Below, piece after piece: positions 23,701 to 37,517 of a stretch of 64,000 bases of DNA. A program made the translations under genes and the position numbers. Source of the stretch: Mobula hypostoma (Eukaryota); the NCBI RefSeq assembly GCF_963921235.1, contig NC_086118.1:17300001-17364000 (forward strand), written 5' to 3'. Position 1 is the stretch's first letter, and each line of letters opens with the position of its first letter. Below the pieces are notes generated by a model. The model searched no databases. It saw only the letters and a program-made list of their open reading frames with translations, and was not told the DNA's origin.

Positions 23701-25627
23701 AGACAGACTGTCAGGAAGGGCAGGCAGATGATAGGACAAATTTGCAGCCAGCAGGATGTGTATCAGTGCACTAGGGATGCAGAATCAAAAAGGGTAGCAA
23801 ATACAGTACTCAAAGTGTTATATCTCAATGCATGGAGTACATGGAGTATAAGAAATAAGGAGGATGATCTTCTTGCACTGTTACAGATTGACACATATGA
23901 CCTTGTGGAAATCACTGAATTGTGGCTGAAGTCTGATTGTAGTTAGGAGCAGAATGTTGTATCGGAGGAATAGGAGGTAGGCAGAGGGAGTGGCGTGGCT
24001 CTTCTGGTAAAGAATGGCATCAAATCAGTAGAAAGCGGCAACATAGGATTGGAAGATGTTGAATCCTTGTGGGTTGAGTAAAGAAACCTCAAAGGTAAAA
24101 GGACTCTGATGGCAGTTATATGCAGGCCTCCCAACCATAGCTGGGATGTGGACCACTGATTACAGTGGGAAATAGAAAAGGCAATGTTATGATAGTCATG
24201 GGAGATTTGAACATACAGGTTGATCAGGAAAATCAGATTGGAAATGGGTCTCAAGAGAGTGAATTTGTTGAATGCCTATGAGATGGCTTTTTAGATCACT
24301 TTGTTGTTGACACTACAAGAGGATCAGCTGTACTGGGTTGGGTGTTACGCAATGAACAGGTGATTAGGGAGCTTAAGGTAGAAGAACTCTCAGGAGGCAG
24401 TGATTACAATATGATTGAGTTCAACTTGAAATCTGATAGAGAGAAAGTCAATTGTGATGTAGCAGTATTTCAGTGGAGTAAAGGAAATTACAGTGGTATG
24501 AAGAGGAGTTGGCTAAAGTAAATAGGAAAGTGATGTTGGCAAAGACAACAGCAGAGCAGAAATGATGCGAGTTTCTGGGAAAAAATGAGGAAGGTGCAGG
24601 TTAGATTTATTCCAAACACAAAAAAACACTCGATTAGCAAAATAGTACAACTGTGGCTAACAAGGGAAGTCAAAACTAATGTAAAAGCAAAAGAGAGGGC
24701 ATACAACAGTGCAAAAATTAGTGGTAAGACAGATGATTGTAAAGCTTTTAAAAAATTACAGAGAGCAACTAAAAGAATCAATAGGAGGGAAAAGATGAAA
24801 TATGAAAGCAAGCGAGCAAACAATATCAAAGTAGATAGTGAAAGCTTTTTCAAGTATGTAAAATATAAAAGAGAGATGACAGTGGATATAGGATCACTAG
24901 AAAATGAGGCTGGAGAAATAATAACGGGGGACAAGGAGATAGCAGATGAACTAAATGAATATTTCGCATCTGTCTTCACTATGGAAGACACTAACAGTGT
25001 GCCAGATGTTGAAGGGTGTGAGGGAGTGAGGCAGTTACTATTACAAGGGAGAAGGTGCCTTTATAAGGCACTGGTGAGGCCTCACCTTCAGTATTGTGAA
25101 CAGTTTTAGGCTCTACATCTTAGAAAGATCTGCTGGCATTGTAGAAGGTTCAGTGGAGGTTCATAAGGATAATTCTGGCAATGAAAGGGTTACCATACAA
25201 GGAACATTTGATACCTCTGGGTCTGTAGTGGCTTGATCTTAAAAGGATGAGGGGGGATCTCATTGAAACCTTTCGAACGTTGATAGACAGAATAGATGTG
25301 GAAAGGATGTTTCCCATGGTGGGGGTGTTTAGGACAAGAGGGCACAGCCGCACGATAGAGTGGCATCCATTTATAACAGGAATGTGGAGAAATTTCTTTA
25401 GCCAGAGGGTGGTGAATTTGTGGAACATCTTACCACAGGCAACTGTGGAGGCCAATTCGTTGAGTGTATTTAAGGCAGAGCTCGATCGGTTCTTGATTGG
25501 ACACGACATCAATGGTTACAGCGAGAAGGCTGGGGAGGGGAAAATAAAGGATCAGCCATGATTGAATGGCAGAGCAGACTCGACAGAACAAATGGCCTAA
25601 TTCTGCTCCTATGTCTCATGGTCTTAT
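23701..25627 (+). mobile_element. CR1 LINE with internal deletion (APE endonuclease and linker joined to the C-terminus; RT core missing)
   Basis: LKVLYLNA..SIRNK...YDLV.ITE.WL; ORF 24585-25109 ends IADELNEYFASVFT.ED then jumps to LYKALVRPHLQYCEQF; ORF 25247-25561 MRGDLIETF...RVVNLWN; CR1 tail. Confidence 0.9.
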
Positions 25628-25840
25628 AGTTCTCCCTGGTGACTGTGTGGGTTTCCTCCGAGAGCTCTGGTTCCCTCCTACATTATGATTAGTGACTTGT
25701 GGACTTGCCATGTTGACACTGGAAGTATGGTGATACTTGTGGGCTGCCCAACACGATCCTCACAGATTTGATTTAACGACTAACAACACATTTCATGGTA
25801 TGTTTCAAAGTACACATGCCAATTGAAGCTAATCTTTAAA
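25628..25840 (+). mobile_element. V-SINE-like fragment lacking its 5' head
   Basis: ttctccctggtgactgtgtgggtttcctccgagagctctggttccctcc. Confidence 0.6.
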
Positions 25841-26059
25841 GATCCAAATGAAATATAATCACAACATAGAATCTAAAAATTGTAACTGAGGTAAAGTTTT
25901 GAGATAATTTTAAACTGATGCTGCAAGTATTTCAGAATATGCAAGAAATACAAATCCGTACCAACAAATTAACATTAGTATTGCTAACTTTCTTCATCTG
26001 ATACTGTGGAGTTGAAGTGAGCAGTGTAGTTGAGAAAGGTGTGCTGTGTTTCTCAATGG

Positions 26060-26480
26060 TTCAATAGTTCAATGTTTCTATTTAATATTGGAAGATGTAT
26101 ACAGTATACAACCTGAAATCCTTACTCTTCACAGACATCTACGAAACAGAAGACAAACCCCAAAGAATGAATGACGGAAAAACCTTAGAACCCTCCCCCT
26201 CCCATGCAAAAGCAGCAGCAAACCATGAACCCTTCCCACTCCACTCACCTCCCCCTATCCGTCTCAACAAAAATATCAGCCCCTCCCCCACCACCAGCCA
26301 TGCAGGCAACATCAAAGCCTCCAAAGAGACTGTAATCTAGAGTCTATAAAAAAACACTGTCCATCCCTAAACTTCGACATCACACAGGCTCTCTCTCTCT
26401 CTCTCTCTCTCACTAACGAGAGAGAGAGGTATCGCTCCTGCTACAGTGAGAAGGAGACCAGCACTCATTATTTTGATATT
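26060..26480 (-). mobile_element. LINE-derived 3'UTR / SINE-like fragment with (CT)n tract at ~26389-26411
   Basis: ttcaatagttcaatg...tacagtatacaacctgaaat tail region resembles the other Rex-type 3' ends in the window. Confidence 0.45.
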
Positions 26481-28338
26481 CTCTAATTATTTAAACCGCT
26501 GCTCCTTGTGATTACAAATTTAACTTTTGATTCTGTTTTCCTTTCCTTTAATCCAAGTGGGTGACCCTGTTTACTTTTGTCAAAACAGCAGCCAACAAGC
26601 AACTGTTGTTATGCATGTCAAAATGACTCTGACATTCTTTAACAACTGCTGGTATAGAATAATCCATCTGTTTAAAGTAAATGGATTAGATCTTCCATTA
26701 AATGGTGGATAATGTAATGTCATTGCAACGTGGAGAGTAATTACAGTTCAGCATTGCGAAAGGGAATTTCTAGGCTGTGCTCTTACAGAACTCATTTATC
26801 AAACAGCAGGAAGATTACATCTGCCCGTTATGTTTAATGATTGTAAAGAGTGGATTTAAATTTGAAAAGAGTGTAAGCAATGCACAGTGGATCAGCACAA
26901 TTCTAAATGATATTGAATTCTGCGTTTTTTTTCCATTATTGATTAATACTACAGGCTGATGTTAGCAAAGATACTTCAGGAAACTAAAATTCATAAGGCA
27001 TACATCAGCATTGATCATAGCTGTGTTTTAAAAAATTAAATGTTAAACATTGTAAGAAAGCCAGACTTTACACATTTTGCCCTGAAAGTAAAGTAAGATT
27101 AGTGACCAAAACATATTGTAATGTAATGCACATCAACCTTGCTCAGCCTCATAAACAGTCTAGACAAGTGCCTGGAGGAGATGCCTTGGCAATGGAGGAT
27201 ACATCCACAGGGAAAGATGAACTAGCAATTATTCTGCGGTAAAAATGACATAACTAATTACTGATGACTGAAGAGTAACTTAGACCTTAATCCAAATTTT
27301 ATACATAGCTTAAAAAAACTCACTTTCCATATGGCAGACATTTCTAATATTGAAATCTTACCTCACTGTTATATGAGAGAACAACGCTGCTTCTTACAGT
27401 CAATACAACATGGCTTTTCTTACACAAACCATTGCTGGCATTCATGTAAATACAACTTGTTCATTGTGGGGTACCAGGCAAACTATGCCTATTCCTGTAT
27501 TGTCTCATTTACCAATTAATCGAGTGAAAGTAAGTGGTATAACAGAGATATCTCTGTGATACATGGGTCCATATGCCCACATGCTATTCAAGCACCGTAA
27601 GTAAGTTGTAGGAGCAAATTGAATTGTTCATGGGTGACTAATTAAAAACTGGCATGCACCATGAAAGCAATCAAAGTTTATCTATCTGGGCATGAATTTG
27701 GTAGAGCTTTGACATTCTCTGTTGATGAGATTATCAGTAAAACTACATTTTGATAACAGATGGTGGCTACAGAAAGACTTAATTAAGTAATGGACTCGGT
27801 CCTGATTACAAAGCCAAATGATTGACCACAGATCTAACAGTGAATCAAATTTTCTGTTACAGCATAGGGTGCATGCTATAATTAATTAGCGAAACTCATG
27901 AACATTAGACATCATCACAGCTGCATTCCGTGTCTCTGTTCTAGGCTTTGTCTGCGATTCCCTATTACCACTTTAGCATAAACCACATCCCGATGTACTA
28001 GTTACTGGCCCTCACTATTCTTTCCTCTGCAACATAGCTTATAACCTGACGGCTTCCCTTCCCTCCTCTCTTCCTGAAAGTATCAGCTGGGAGTCACTGA
28101 TGGAATCTTACCTCCAAATCAGAGGATATAGTTTCAATCCACCTTTAGAACTTCAGTGGAACTGAATTCAAGAAGTTAAAGCTCATATATGGACATATCG
28201 TAGTCTAGCTGGTACACTGAAGTGTATGACGTTCTGCATGATTCTGTTTTATATTCTCCTTCCATTCCAAGAGCTACCATCATTTCTATTTGCCCAAAGC
28301 CTGCAGTTGTAGAAATGACCTCAGAGGTGTTCTCTTAC

Positions 28339-28389
28339 CTTGTATGCCCTGTCCACTCCAATTTCTCTTCTAACTTTTCCAAGTACATG
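28339..28389 (-). CDS. Weak candidate 51-nt internal exon (phase 0 HVLGKVRREIGVDRAYK; a second frame is also open)
   Basis: Acceptor atctttgcag| and donor AAG|gtaaga; length is a multiple of 3; no homology recognised. Confidence 0.15.
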
Positions 28390-30239
28390 CTGCAAAGATG
28401 ATCAGGCAGTAGGACCACAGAATAGCATTTCATATTTCTCAATATGATCTGACCCAGACAAAGTAAGATAATGGAGACTGAGGGATTTAGTGAAAAGGGA
28501 ATGGGCTTGTTTAGGTTGAATGGTATGATCCAGTTAACAGAGATTCTTGGTTCTATCATTCCACAGAACTGAATTCCTTTTCCTCCAGCCCGAGTGTCAT
28601 GCATTATCCATACTTAGTAGTTCAATTATGCTCGTTGGTTAAGTAGTCATTTTGAAATGTTTAAGAAATTTCATGGGGTGAAGTTGGTCATCCTTCAGAA
28701 TTACAATGAATGGCTAATAGAACTACTGTGGGTGTTCATGGCCGTTTCATGCTCGCCTTACCATTGATTTTACTGTTGTCATCACTATAGGTTTTCATTT
28801 GCCACTATCAGTTTTTCTAATTCATCAGTTGTTTTCTTCTGTTCTTCTCAGCATTTCCTTACTTCTCCTTTTCACAGTTTGCACCCTTTCAAAATAAAGA
28901 TTATTCTTTTAATCCCTCTAAACCTGAATTCCCTGGGAATATAAAGCACTCTTGTTTCTACCTTCCTGTTGACCACATTGCATCTTCTTACAAACATCTA
29001 CTTTTCCCATTCTCCTGTTCCCCTGTATCTTCCTGTATCACTGCAGCCTGCAATCAGTCCTTCCTGTCAATCCTCCTGCACATCCCCACTTCTTGAAGCA
29101 GTTCCCCAGAACCTACATCTCTGGCCATGATTTAAGACATTTGCCCTGGTTTTATATTAATTTGGTCATCACCAATTTTTGTTCAGCAACACTCCTGGGA
29201 ATAAATTCTGTAGATTTTTAACTTTAAAATCAGCTGATCTTGTCTTCACCATTTGAGAATTAGGTAAGATGGATTTCAAAACAAAAAAAATCAAATCCAG
29301 ACCCAACAACGTTGCGGGGATAATACTATTCCATAAAATAGAGTCAGAATTTTGTCTGCTGCACCGGCCTGATCAGTATGCATCTTCAGCCTCACTGGTC
29401 CTATTTACATTTGCTCTTGTGTCTAGAGACAACTTAAAATAGGCTACAGACTGGATTGTGCACTTGCGAACCAAAGGAATCAATCGACTGGTAATTAACC
29501 CCCAATGGAATAATTCACTGATAAAGTACAGAATGGATTTATATCTCCAAATCTTAAGAAGTAATTGGGTGGTGTGGATCATTGTGTTTTACCCCCATCA
29601 AATCTGGCCAATACACAGGTAGATTCCGATTGCTCTGCCTCACCAACATGAAATCATTAGGGCTGAAAATGTGCTCCCTTTTTATGCAGATTTTGAAATA
29701 CGAGCATTAACATTTGCTTCAGAGAAATAAAGGTGAGTGCTGAACCAACTCAACTAAATGTGACCTTGAATATAGCACAGAAATTGAATGAATTTGCACC
29801 TTTTTATGTTTAAAATGCACATAGAATCTTATTTTGTAAATGATTTAACATCAGGAAACTGGAAGCAATGAATTACAATTCAGACCAGCCTGAGTGTCTT
29901 TTGTCTTATACCTTTCATACAAATGATAACAATATCAATGTGTACAACTTTAACCTTACCAACAGAAATAGGCCCAATAATGTAGAGCCTACAGTATGTG
30001 TTTTGCATTCACATAAATACAAGGTGCAAACTTTGCAGCAAATCAGCTGTTGGGGTATTGATGTTTTGCTTTTAAAATGAGCCTGTCTGATTATTCACTG
30101 CACAGTTGTGTTGAGGATCATTTATTTGTGTCAGTCTCTCTCAAGGAGTTTTTCAATGCCTCGGTTATGAGCCCTACCTTACAATGCTTTCAGCTCATTT
30201 ACCCAATTGAACTGTGGGTTTGATCATGGAAAGGGGATA

Positions 30240-30770
30240 AGAGCATAGGACATGGGAGCAGAATTAGACCATTCAGCTCATCAAGTCTGCTCCACCATTC
30301 TATCATTTTCCCTCTCAACCCAATTCTCCTGCCTTCTCTCTATAGCCTTTGACACCTTTATTAATTAAGGATCTGCCAGCTTCTGCTTTCAATATGCCCA
30401 GTGATTCACCCTCTCCAGCCCATTGTGGCAAACAGTTCTACAATTTCAAAACTGAAGAAATTTCTCTGATGTAAAGAGATATCTGACCATTTTGAGGCCT
30501 TGCCCTCTGGTCCTAAGCTTTTCCACTACTGGACACATCCTCTTCATGTCCACTCTATCTAGGGCCTTTCAATATTCCATAGATTTCAATGAGATCCTTC
30601 TCATTCTTCCCATTTCCAGCCCAGAGCCATCAATATTTCTAGATGTTAACCCTTTCATTTCTGGGGTCATTCTTGTAAGCCATCTCTGGACCCTCACCAG
30701 TGCCAGCACAACTTTTTTAAAATTTGGGTCACAATACTCCAAATGTAGTCTGACCAATGCTTTATAAAGC
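30240..30770 (-). mobile_element. CR1 LINE 3' fragment
   Basis: ORF 30569-30838 LYKALVRLHLEYC...VLALVRVQRWLTRMTPEMKGL; CR1 terminus at ~30245-30300. Confidence 0.8.
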
Positions 30771-31014
30771 CATAGACAATGAACCACACACACTATATGT
30801 CTCCTCTTCACCACCACCTCCCCATCTCCAACTCCCACCCACCACCCTTCACCTCACATCCAGGTCAACAATCCTCTTCAGTGACAGCTCCATGAGCTCT
30901 GAGCCACTATAGTTTGACTGCCATTGAAAGTAGACTTCAGGGAAATGACTTGCCTCATAATGGTTGTGTGGCAATTACATGCAAGTTGATGTTGTCTTCA
31001 AAGGCAGTACCTCA

Positions 31015-31150
31015 GCAGGAGAGAGAAAGTGAGAGGAGGTGGGGAGAAAAGAGGAGATAAATAGCAAGATAGAGAGGGGGAGAGTGAGAGAGAGAGAGAT
31101 TGAAAGGTAAACAGAGAGATAGGGAGACATAGACAGATAGATATATAGAT
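31015..31150. repeat. GA-rich low-complexity / microsatellite tract
   Basis: gagagaaagtgagagg...gagagagagagat...agacagatagatatatagat. Confidence 0.75.
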
Positions 31151-32924
31151 GGGGGGGAATTTAACCCTTTATGAGTAAATTTCTCAATTGAGGTCTTTTT
31201 CACCACCATCACCACGATCACCGCCCACCCATTCCCCAAATGGCATAATCGCTAAAGCCAACACCCATGCTTCAAGGAGAGTGAGACCCAAATCTAAACC
31301 AATGCAGAGTAAGGTCCAAAATAAATAGCAAACGAAAAGTAACCTTGTAATGATCTGTTTTATTGTTTTAAAAGATAAAAGTATGAGCACTCAAAATGAG
31401 GCAAGTGAATTCAGTAAATCAGTGAACTCCTTGAATGTCCCTGATGGAAGCTCACTGAGGCAGTGATCAGGCACCATATTCCAAACAACCCAGCTATGCA
31501 CACTCCATCAATAGGCCCCACCTCCTCACCTGGGGCAGAATGTATGGAGTCTGAATACAGCTCCTCAGCCAGCCTGGATCCCACAGAATTAGAAAAGAAA
31601 CAAATTATTCCTGACCCCAAGTGACTAAGAAATAGATGAGCATGTAAAAATAATTTAAAACTGGTCAAAAACCATTTCCAAAATACAGGTTCATCAGTTT
31701 CTTATCTATGATTTTTGTTGCTTGTACCTGCATGTTAAATAATGCATTTTGAAAACCATATAATGAATCTTTAATTTTAGTACAATTTGGTTTTATTAAT
31801 ACTTTTATGATTAAAGCGATCGTGATTCAAATTAATTAAATTTCAATAAATGTTTTCAATGTGTTTAAATTGGAAAGGAGAAAAGATAACAACACTTAAA
31901 TAAAATGTAAAGTATAATCATTTAAAATTGCAAGGTTTAAAAGCTTTATAGTGTGAAAGCCAACGTGCGTCATTCCACTTTAACCTGACAGAAGATTGTA
32001 AATGATTTCACTTGTGAGCCAAAGTAAATGGGCCTCTGTGTTATTTCAGAAGACATGGGCTGTTTAATTTTGCAATCCAAAAAATGTTAACACCTAATAT
32101 GAAGTATAGAGCTTTTCCATTGGATACAACGTGGAACCTCTGCCAATCTGGGCACACAGGTTCTTGAACCATTGGTGATTTGTGGCTTTTAATTGTGATT
32201 CTTCTCCACCTGTATTCAGAGAGTTGTATTGCTGTTTCATCAACACATAACGTGGGCTAAGCATGTGCAGGTGCAGGATAAACATTTTCATGTAAAACAG
32301 TAACAAAATCAGGATGAAATGCAAAACTGACAAATAATGTGTCTGCACACAGTTGGTGTACAGATCCATGGATGGATAGATCAGAAATAGCTTACTAATT
32401 GTAGCAGATATCGCTTCAAAATGCAACAAAACCCCAAATTATCTACTTCTACAATCTGGAGTAGGAATCACTGGGAGTGATCGCCCCCACCTGTAGCCCG
32501 AAAGACACAGAGCACAAGCAAAACCAAAACTGACAAGGCAGAATACTGACCACCTCTGCTTTCTCTTCCTCGTCAACTGCTGTCACCAGAACACACATCA
32601 CCTTCCAAAAGCACAATTTTAACACCCAAGCTTGCAAGTGCTCCCTGGTTGCTGTGAAAGGAGAAATGAAGCAAAGGCGCTCTCGCTTGTCATCTTGCCC
32701 CAGGATGACCCAGTTCCTGTGTCAGGAATGAATTAGATGAAGGAAGTCACCCCTGAACTTAAACAGTTTTATAGCCATACACCAGCTTCTCCATGCTGAG
32801 ACACTCCTGAACTGTTTTACTAACTTCCACTCCATTTTCAGAAAAAAAATATCAAATGGCTCTCAAAACCCTCATCCCATTGTAATCCTAGTGGGATTTT
32901 ATTTATCCATTCAGACTTGTTTCT

Positions 32925-33302
32925 TCTGCATCTTCACCATATATTCATCAAGGAGTGATGCCTCAAAAAGGCAGCATCCTTCATTAAGGACCTCATCACC
33001 CAGGACATGCCTTCTTCTCATAGCTACCATCAAGGAGGAGATGCAGGAATCTGAAGACACATACTCAACTATTCAGGAACAGCTTCCCCTCTGTCATCAG
33101 ATTTCTGAATGGAAATTGAACCCATGAACACTAGCTCACTACCTATTTTTTCTCTTTTTGCATTACTTATTTGATTTAACTTTTTAAACACGCTTCTTAC
33201 GGTAATTTACAGTTTTTAATTATTAAGTATGGCAAAGCACTGCTGCAGCATAACAAGAAATTTCACACCACGTGCCAGCGATATTAAAACTGATTCGGAT
33301 TC
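32925..33302 (+). mobile_element. Rex1/Babar-like LINE 3' fragment
   Basis: Collinear with ~16610-16965 (ggcagcatcc..cattaaggacc...cccaggacatgcc; tail ctgattcggattct). Confidence 0.75.
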
Positions 33303-33329
33303 TTCTTGTTCTATTCAAAAGCTTATATC

Positions 33330-33880
33330 CATCGATTTGTTAAATGACCATAAAGTGATACTAGGCACAGGAGTGTCTGTACATAAGGTGATTGAGAGGA
33401 GATGGTAAAGTCGTGGGAGCTGGGTGCGTGGAGGGGTGGGTTAGTGGGTGGAGGTGTTGATCAGCCTTACTACTTGGGGAAAGTAACTATTTTTGAGTCT
33501 GCTGGTTCTAGAGTGGATGCTATGTAACCTCTCTGATTGGAGTGGGACAGTCCATGAAGGGCGAGGTCCTTCATGATGTTACTGCCTCTCTTCTGGCACC
33601 TTTCTGTATGTACAGTATGTCCTTGATGGCAAGTTAGTCTGGTGCCAGAGGTGGGTCGGGCAGCTTTGACTCTCTGTTGTGCAGCCTTCCTGCACACTTC
33701 CTGCTCAGCTTCCATACCATGCAGTGATGTAGCTTGTTCGTATGCTCTCCACTGCATGTCTGTACAATGACACGAGTATCAAAGTGCATAGACAGCTTTC
33801 TTCAGCCTCCTCAGAAAGTAGAGGCATTGATGAGTTTTCCTGATTTTACAGAATGTGCTCTGGGACCATGGAAATTTGTG
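33330..33880 (-). mobile_element. Rex1/Babar-like LINE 3' fragment (older subfamily)
   Basis: Diverged ...ERCQKRGSNIMKD... remnant and ttggggaaagtaactatttttgag (SYFPQ-like end). Confidence 0.55.
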
Positions 33881-33899
33881 TGAGATACAAAACAGAGAA

Positions 33900-34250
33900 A
33901 TAGAGCCATACCTAGAGTACTACAGCTTTATTCCTGTTACTTAAGGAGAGACATACATGCCTAAGAGGTGGTGTAGAGAATGTTCTCTGGAATAACTGCT
34001 GAGTTCTCTTTTGAAGAAAGATTGAGTACATTAGGTTTATTCTGTTAGAAATTTAGAAGAAAGTTGCAGCTTGTGAAAGACTTGTTAGGCTGATGCTGTG
34101 AGGAAATTTTCCCTAGTACAGGAATCAAGAAATAGGGAGTATTGTTTCCAGATAAGAGATTGCCCATTGGAGGTGAGGAATTACTTCTCTGATATTGCGG
34201 TTAATCTTTGGAATCTTTGGAATATAACTTGCAGAATACTAAGTGTGTTT
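33900..34250 (+). mobile_element. Old CR1 3' remnant
   Basis: Diverged match to the CR1 C-terminal coding region (gaggtgaggaattacttctct...gttaatctttggaat). Confidence 0.45.
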
Positions 34251-34957
34251 ATAAACTCAAATCAAGGTTTACAGAAATTTAGCAGTTAAGTTCCTACTGG
34301 ATTTCAGTCGATACGCAATTCTTCACCTTGAAAGGCTTTATACTTTCCCTTAAAAATTTTAAAATAAAGAGCACACACTCAGCCTAATCTCACTGATATT
34401 TCTTTAAGCTGTGCATAATGGCTTATCAGTAAGTTCAATGATTTATAGCCCATATATCTTTTTTGAAATTATTAGTATGTTAAATAAATTGGATGATACT
34501 ATACTGTATATAAACTAAAACTGGATGTCACAACAAAAAGCAGGAGAGAATTTATTTGTTTCTGAACCTCACCGTATGCAAGTTCTGCTCTGTGTATGTC
34601 ACTGATCATGGATGGGATAAATTGCTTTTGGCAAACTTATTTTGTTCATTCTCTACTCTGACTTTGGTTGGTTCAAAAATGAAATATATTCTGATGAACA
34701 TAGTGCTTTTCTTTTTATGAGGAGTGGATAGAGACTGGGCAGTTCTCATCTGCTTGAATCTGGTCAATTTGTGAATAGTAAGGTGCCCAATCACCTTTGG
34801 TTTCTGAGTCAGTATTGAACATCGCTATGTGTACATGGCATGCAGTTGTCTCTGATGACAATTTTTATCTGTGAACTGGGCCTATTCAGAAGCCGGGTAG
34901 GAGGACACACAATGGCAAATCTAACATCACAAAAGAGGCCCACGAGGACAGAATAAC

Positions 34958-35150
34958 ATTCAAAGATCAAAATAAATTGTCAAAAGTACATTTGTGTCAC
35001 CATACACTTCCGTGAGATTCGTTTTCTTGTGGGCATTCACAAAGAAACACAATAGAACTAATGAAAAACTGGACACAGCAAGACAGACAAACAACTAATG
35101 TGCAAAAGACAGCAAACTGTGCAAACACAAAAAGGGGAATAAATAATAAC
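34958..35150 (-). mobile_element. Rex-type LINE 3'UTR fragment
   Basis: caaaagtacatttgtgtcaccatac...gagattcgttttcttgtgggcattcac, shared with the 1912, 22131 and 47079 copies. Confidence 0.65.
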
Positions 35151-37094
35151 ACATTGTTTCCCTTCACTGAATTAAGTCTTTTTAAACCAAATAGGATCTG
35201 GTCTTCTTTCGGAGGCTAGATTTTTAGTTAAAAAGTTTGTGTAATTACTATTGTGATTTCAACTCATGTATTCATATTTTAAGTTTGGGCCTCTGTATGC
35301 CTGTTCAATAACTTAACCATGGTGTAATATTACTCCAATCTGATGCACTACAGCCAGTGATCAATGTAGTGTTCTCACTTGGGCACTGCAATGTGCCCAA
35401 TATACATCCACGGGACAAACAGGCTCTGTGGAAAAATGTAGGGAGAGGGGTCAAGAGGTACAGCTTCTAACACTACACAGATTCTGTGAGATGTGGGTGA
35501 ACTAGAATGGATTAGATTCTTAGGAGAGAATCAACTTTAATGGTTCCCATGCATTTGCTTCAGTCCCTGCTCTGCTATTTAACACTCAGCTCCAAAGTGA
35601 CAAGTTAGAAGCAGTAAATGCTGGCTATTTAGCGTTGTTAATACCAGTGAGGACGAAGAGAGCTATTGAGTGAGTTCTTGCAATGATTCAAAGGTGCAGA
35701 TGGTGGTATGTGTTTGAGGCCATGTGAATGAAAGTTCCAGTGCCAAATGTTAATAGCTGAGTGCATTATGATGGCAACATATGAGGCCGGCGGTATTATA
35801 TCTGGGAGTGAGGATCTACAATTGCCTCCACAACCTTATCCATGCATATGAAGCCAATGAACCTTCCATGGTCTACATTCCTAGCTTGGAGCATGTTTGC
35901 CACCTGCTCTTGGTTTATGAGGACCAGTGGCTTCTGACTTTATCAAATATAAACATCAGAAAAATATTCACTGCCCCTCCACCTGAGCACAGGATATCAC
36001 CATAATATCTTGTTTTCGGAAACTGGGTCTCTTGGGATTATGCGAAGCCTCACAACCAAGGCAGCTAATGTGTCTAGCATACTTCAAATATTTTAAGAAA
36101 TATCTAATTAAATTACCTCAATATCTGTAAATTCTCAATCTTTTCAAGGGCACTCCAAACAAAGGGAGTCACACTCTCTAGCTTGGGATTCATTGGCCTG
36201 GACAAGGATATGCTGCCTTGATCCAGATGAGGACTGCACATCAGCCTCCAAATGTTTCCCATCAGAAATTTGCTCCAATCCTGGAATCATCCATGGCTTC
36301 CAGCAAGTTCCCAGAAGCTGTGCAATGACTACAAGAAGTTCAATATCCTCCAGTTGAGTGGCACTGAGGCACAGCTTGTAAATCCATTGCCTCACAATAT
36401 GTGTTGTGGTGAATTAAATTTTGTAAAAGTATTAGATGAATACTTTTACCTTCACCTGAACAATTCCAAGTGACACTTTAACTCTTTGTGAATTTGCAAC
36501 ATGTGAGGTGTCAAGGTGTCTGTACAAGTTAAACACTATAGGTTTGTGAATGTCTAATGTTTGCTGATAGCAGCCGGAGTCTTCCTTGGCCTCAGGCACC
36601 AGTGGCATGAGAACGAAACACAAAGAGTTTATCAAAGAGTTTCGATCCTTGTGGAACTCCTAAAGAAACCATGCTGAGTTGGTGGCATGAGAACTAAAGA
36701 CCAAAAAGTTCGTCTGACTCTGTGTGTCTCACTATGCTTCTGGACTGAACACCTATTTACTGAGGCACCTTCCCCTCTGTTTTTGAGACTTCACCTAGAC
36801 CGAGGAATCACAAACATCAGTGCCGGGGATGGACCCTGGATGATTTCATGAGTTGGAATTTGGAGTTCCCCTGACAACAACGAGAATCAAGTGAAGGCTA
36901 AGAATTCGTGAGCCCTGAAACCTTTGTAACTTACTACGTAGTATTTCGTGTGGTTGATTTGTGCTTTCTGTTTATGATAATAAATTAGGCTTAAATCCTT
37001 TTGTTGTGCTTGTACACTTATTACTACATTCCCTGGATACTGAATCGGTTTGTGTCTTTTGGGTCTGATCAACCCAGTGCCAGAGAACCTAGTT

Positions 37095-37310
37095 TAATCT
37101 TGTCTGTGTGGAGTTTCTACATTCTCCTTGTTCAATAGGTATGATAATTGTTCATTGTAAATTGCTCCCTTGTATGAGTAGTAAAATCTGGGAGGATCCG
37201 ATGAGAAAGTCAAGAGGGTAAAATGGGATCTGTGTAGAATTTGTGCAAGTGGATGGCTGACGGTCAGCACAAAGTCAGTGGGCAGCTTCCTATGCTATTG
37301 TAACTCTGTG
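37095..37310 (+). mobile_element. V-SINE-like fragment
   Basis: ctgtgtggagtttctacattctcc...cattgtaaattgctccct...ggtcagcacaaagtcagtgggc. Confidence 0.55.
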
Positions 37311-37517
37311 AACCCATGTCCCGATCAACCCATTCAAGGCAGGCTGAGTGTCTTCAGCTGGCAGGCTCAGGCCCTGTGAATGCACATCCACCAGTAAACT
37401 GACAAATACTGTCTGCACATTGGAATCATGTTGATGAGGTCAGCATGCATACTTCCTACGCTCCCTGCACTGCCGAAAGGGTGTAAGTTAATTGCACATC
37501 ACACTCACAGAACACTT

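Noticed and set aside
29690..29732. 43-nt plus-strand segment with good acceptor (ctttttatgcag) and donor (AAG|gtgagt)
   Set aside because: Stops in all three frames and no supporting neighbouring exons; cannot be called coding, though a non-coding exon is not excluded
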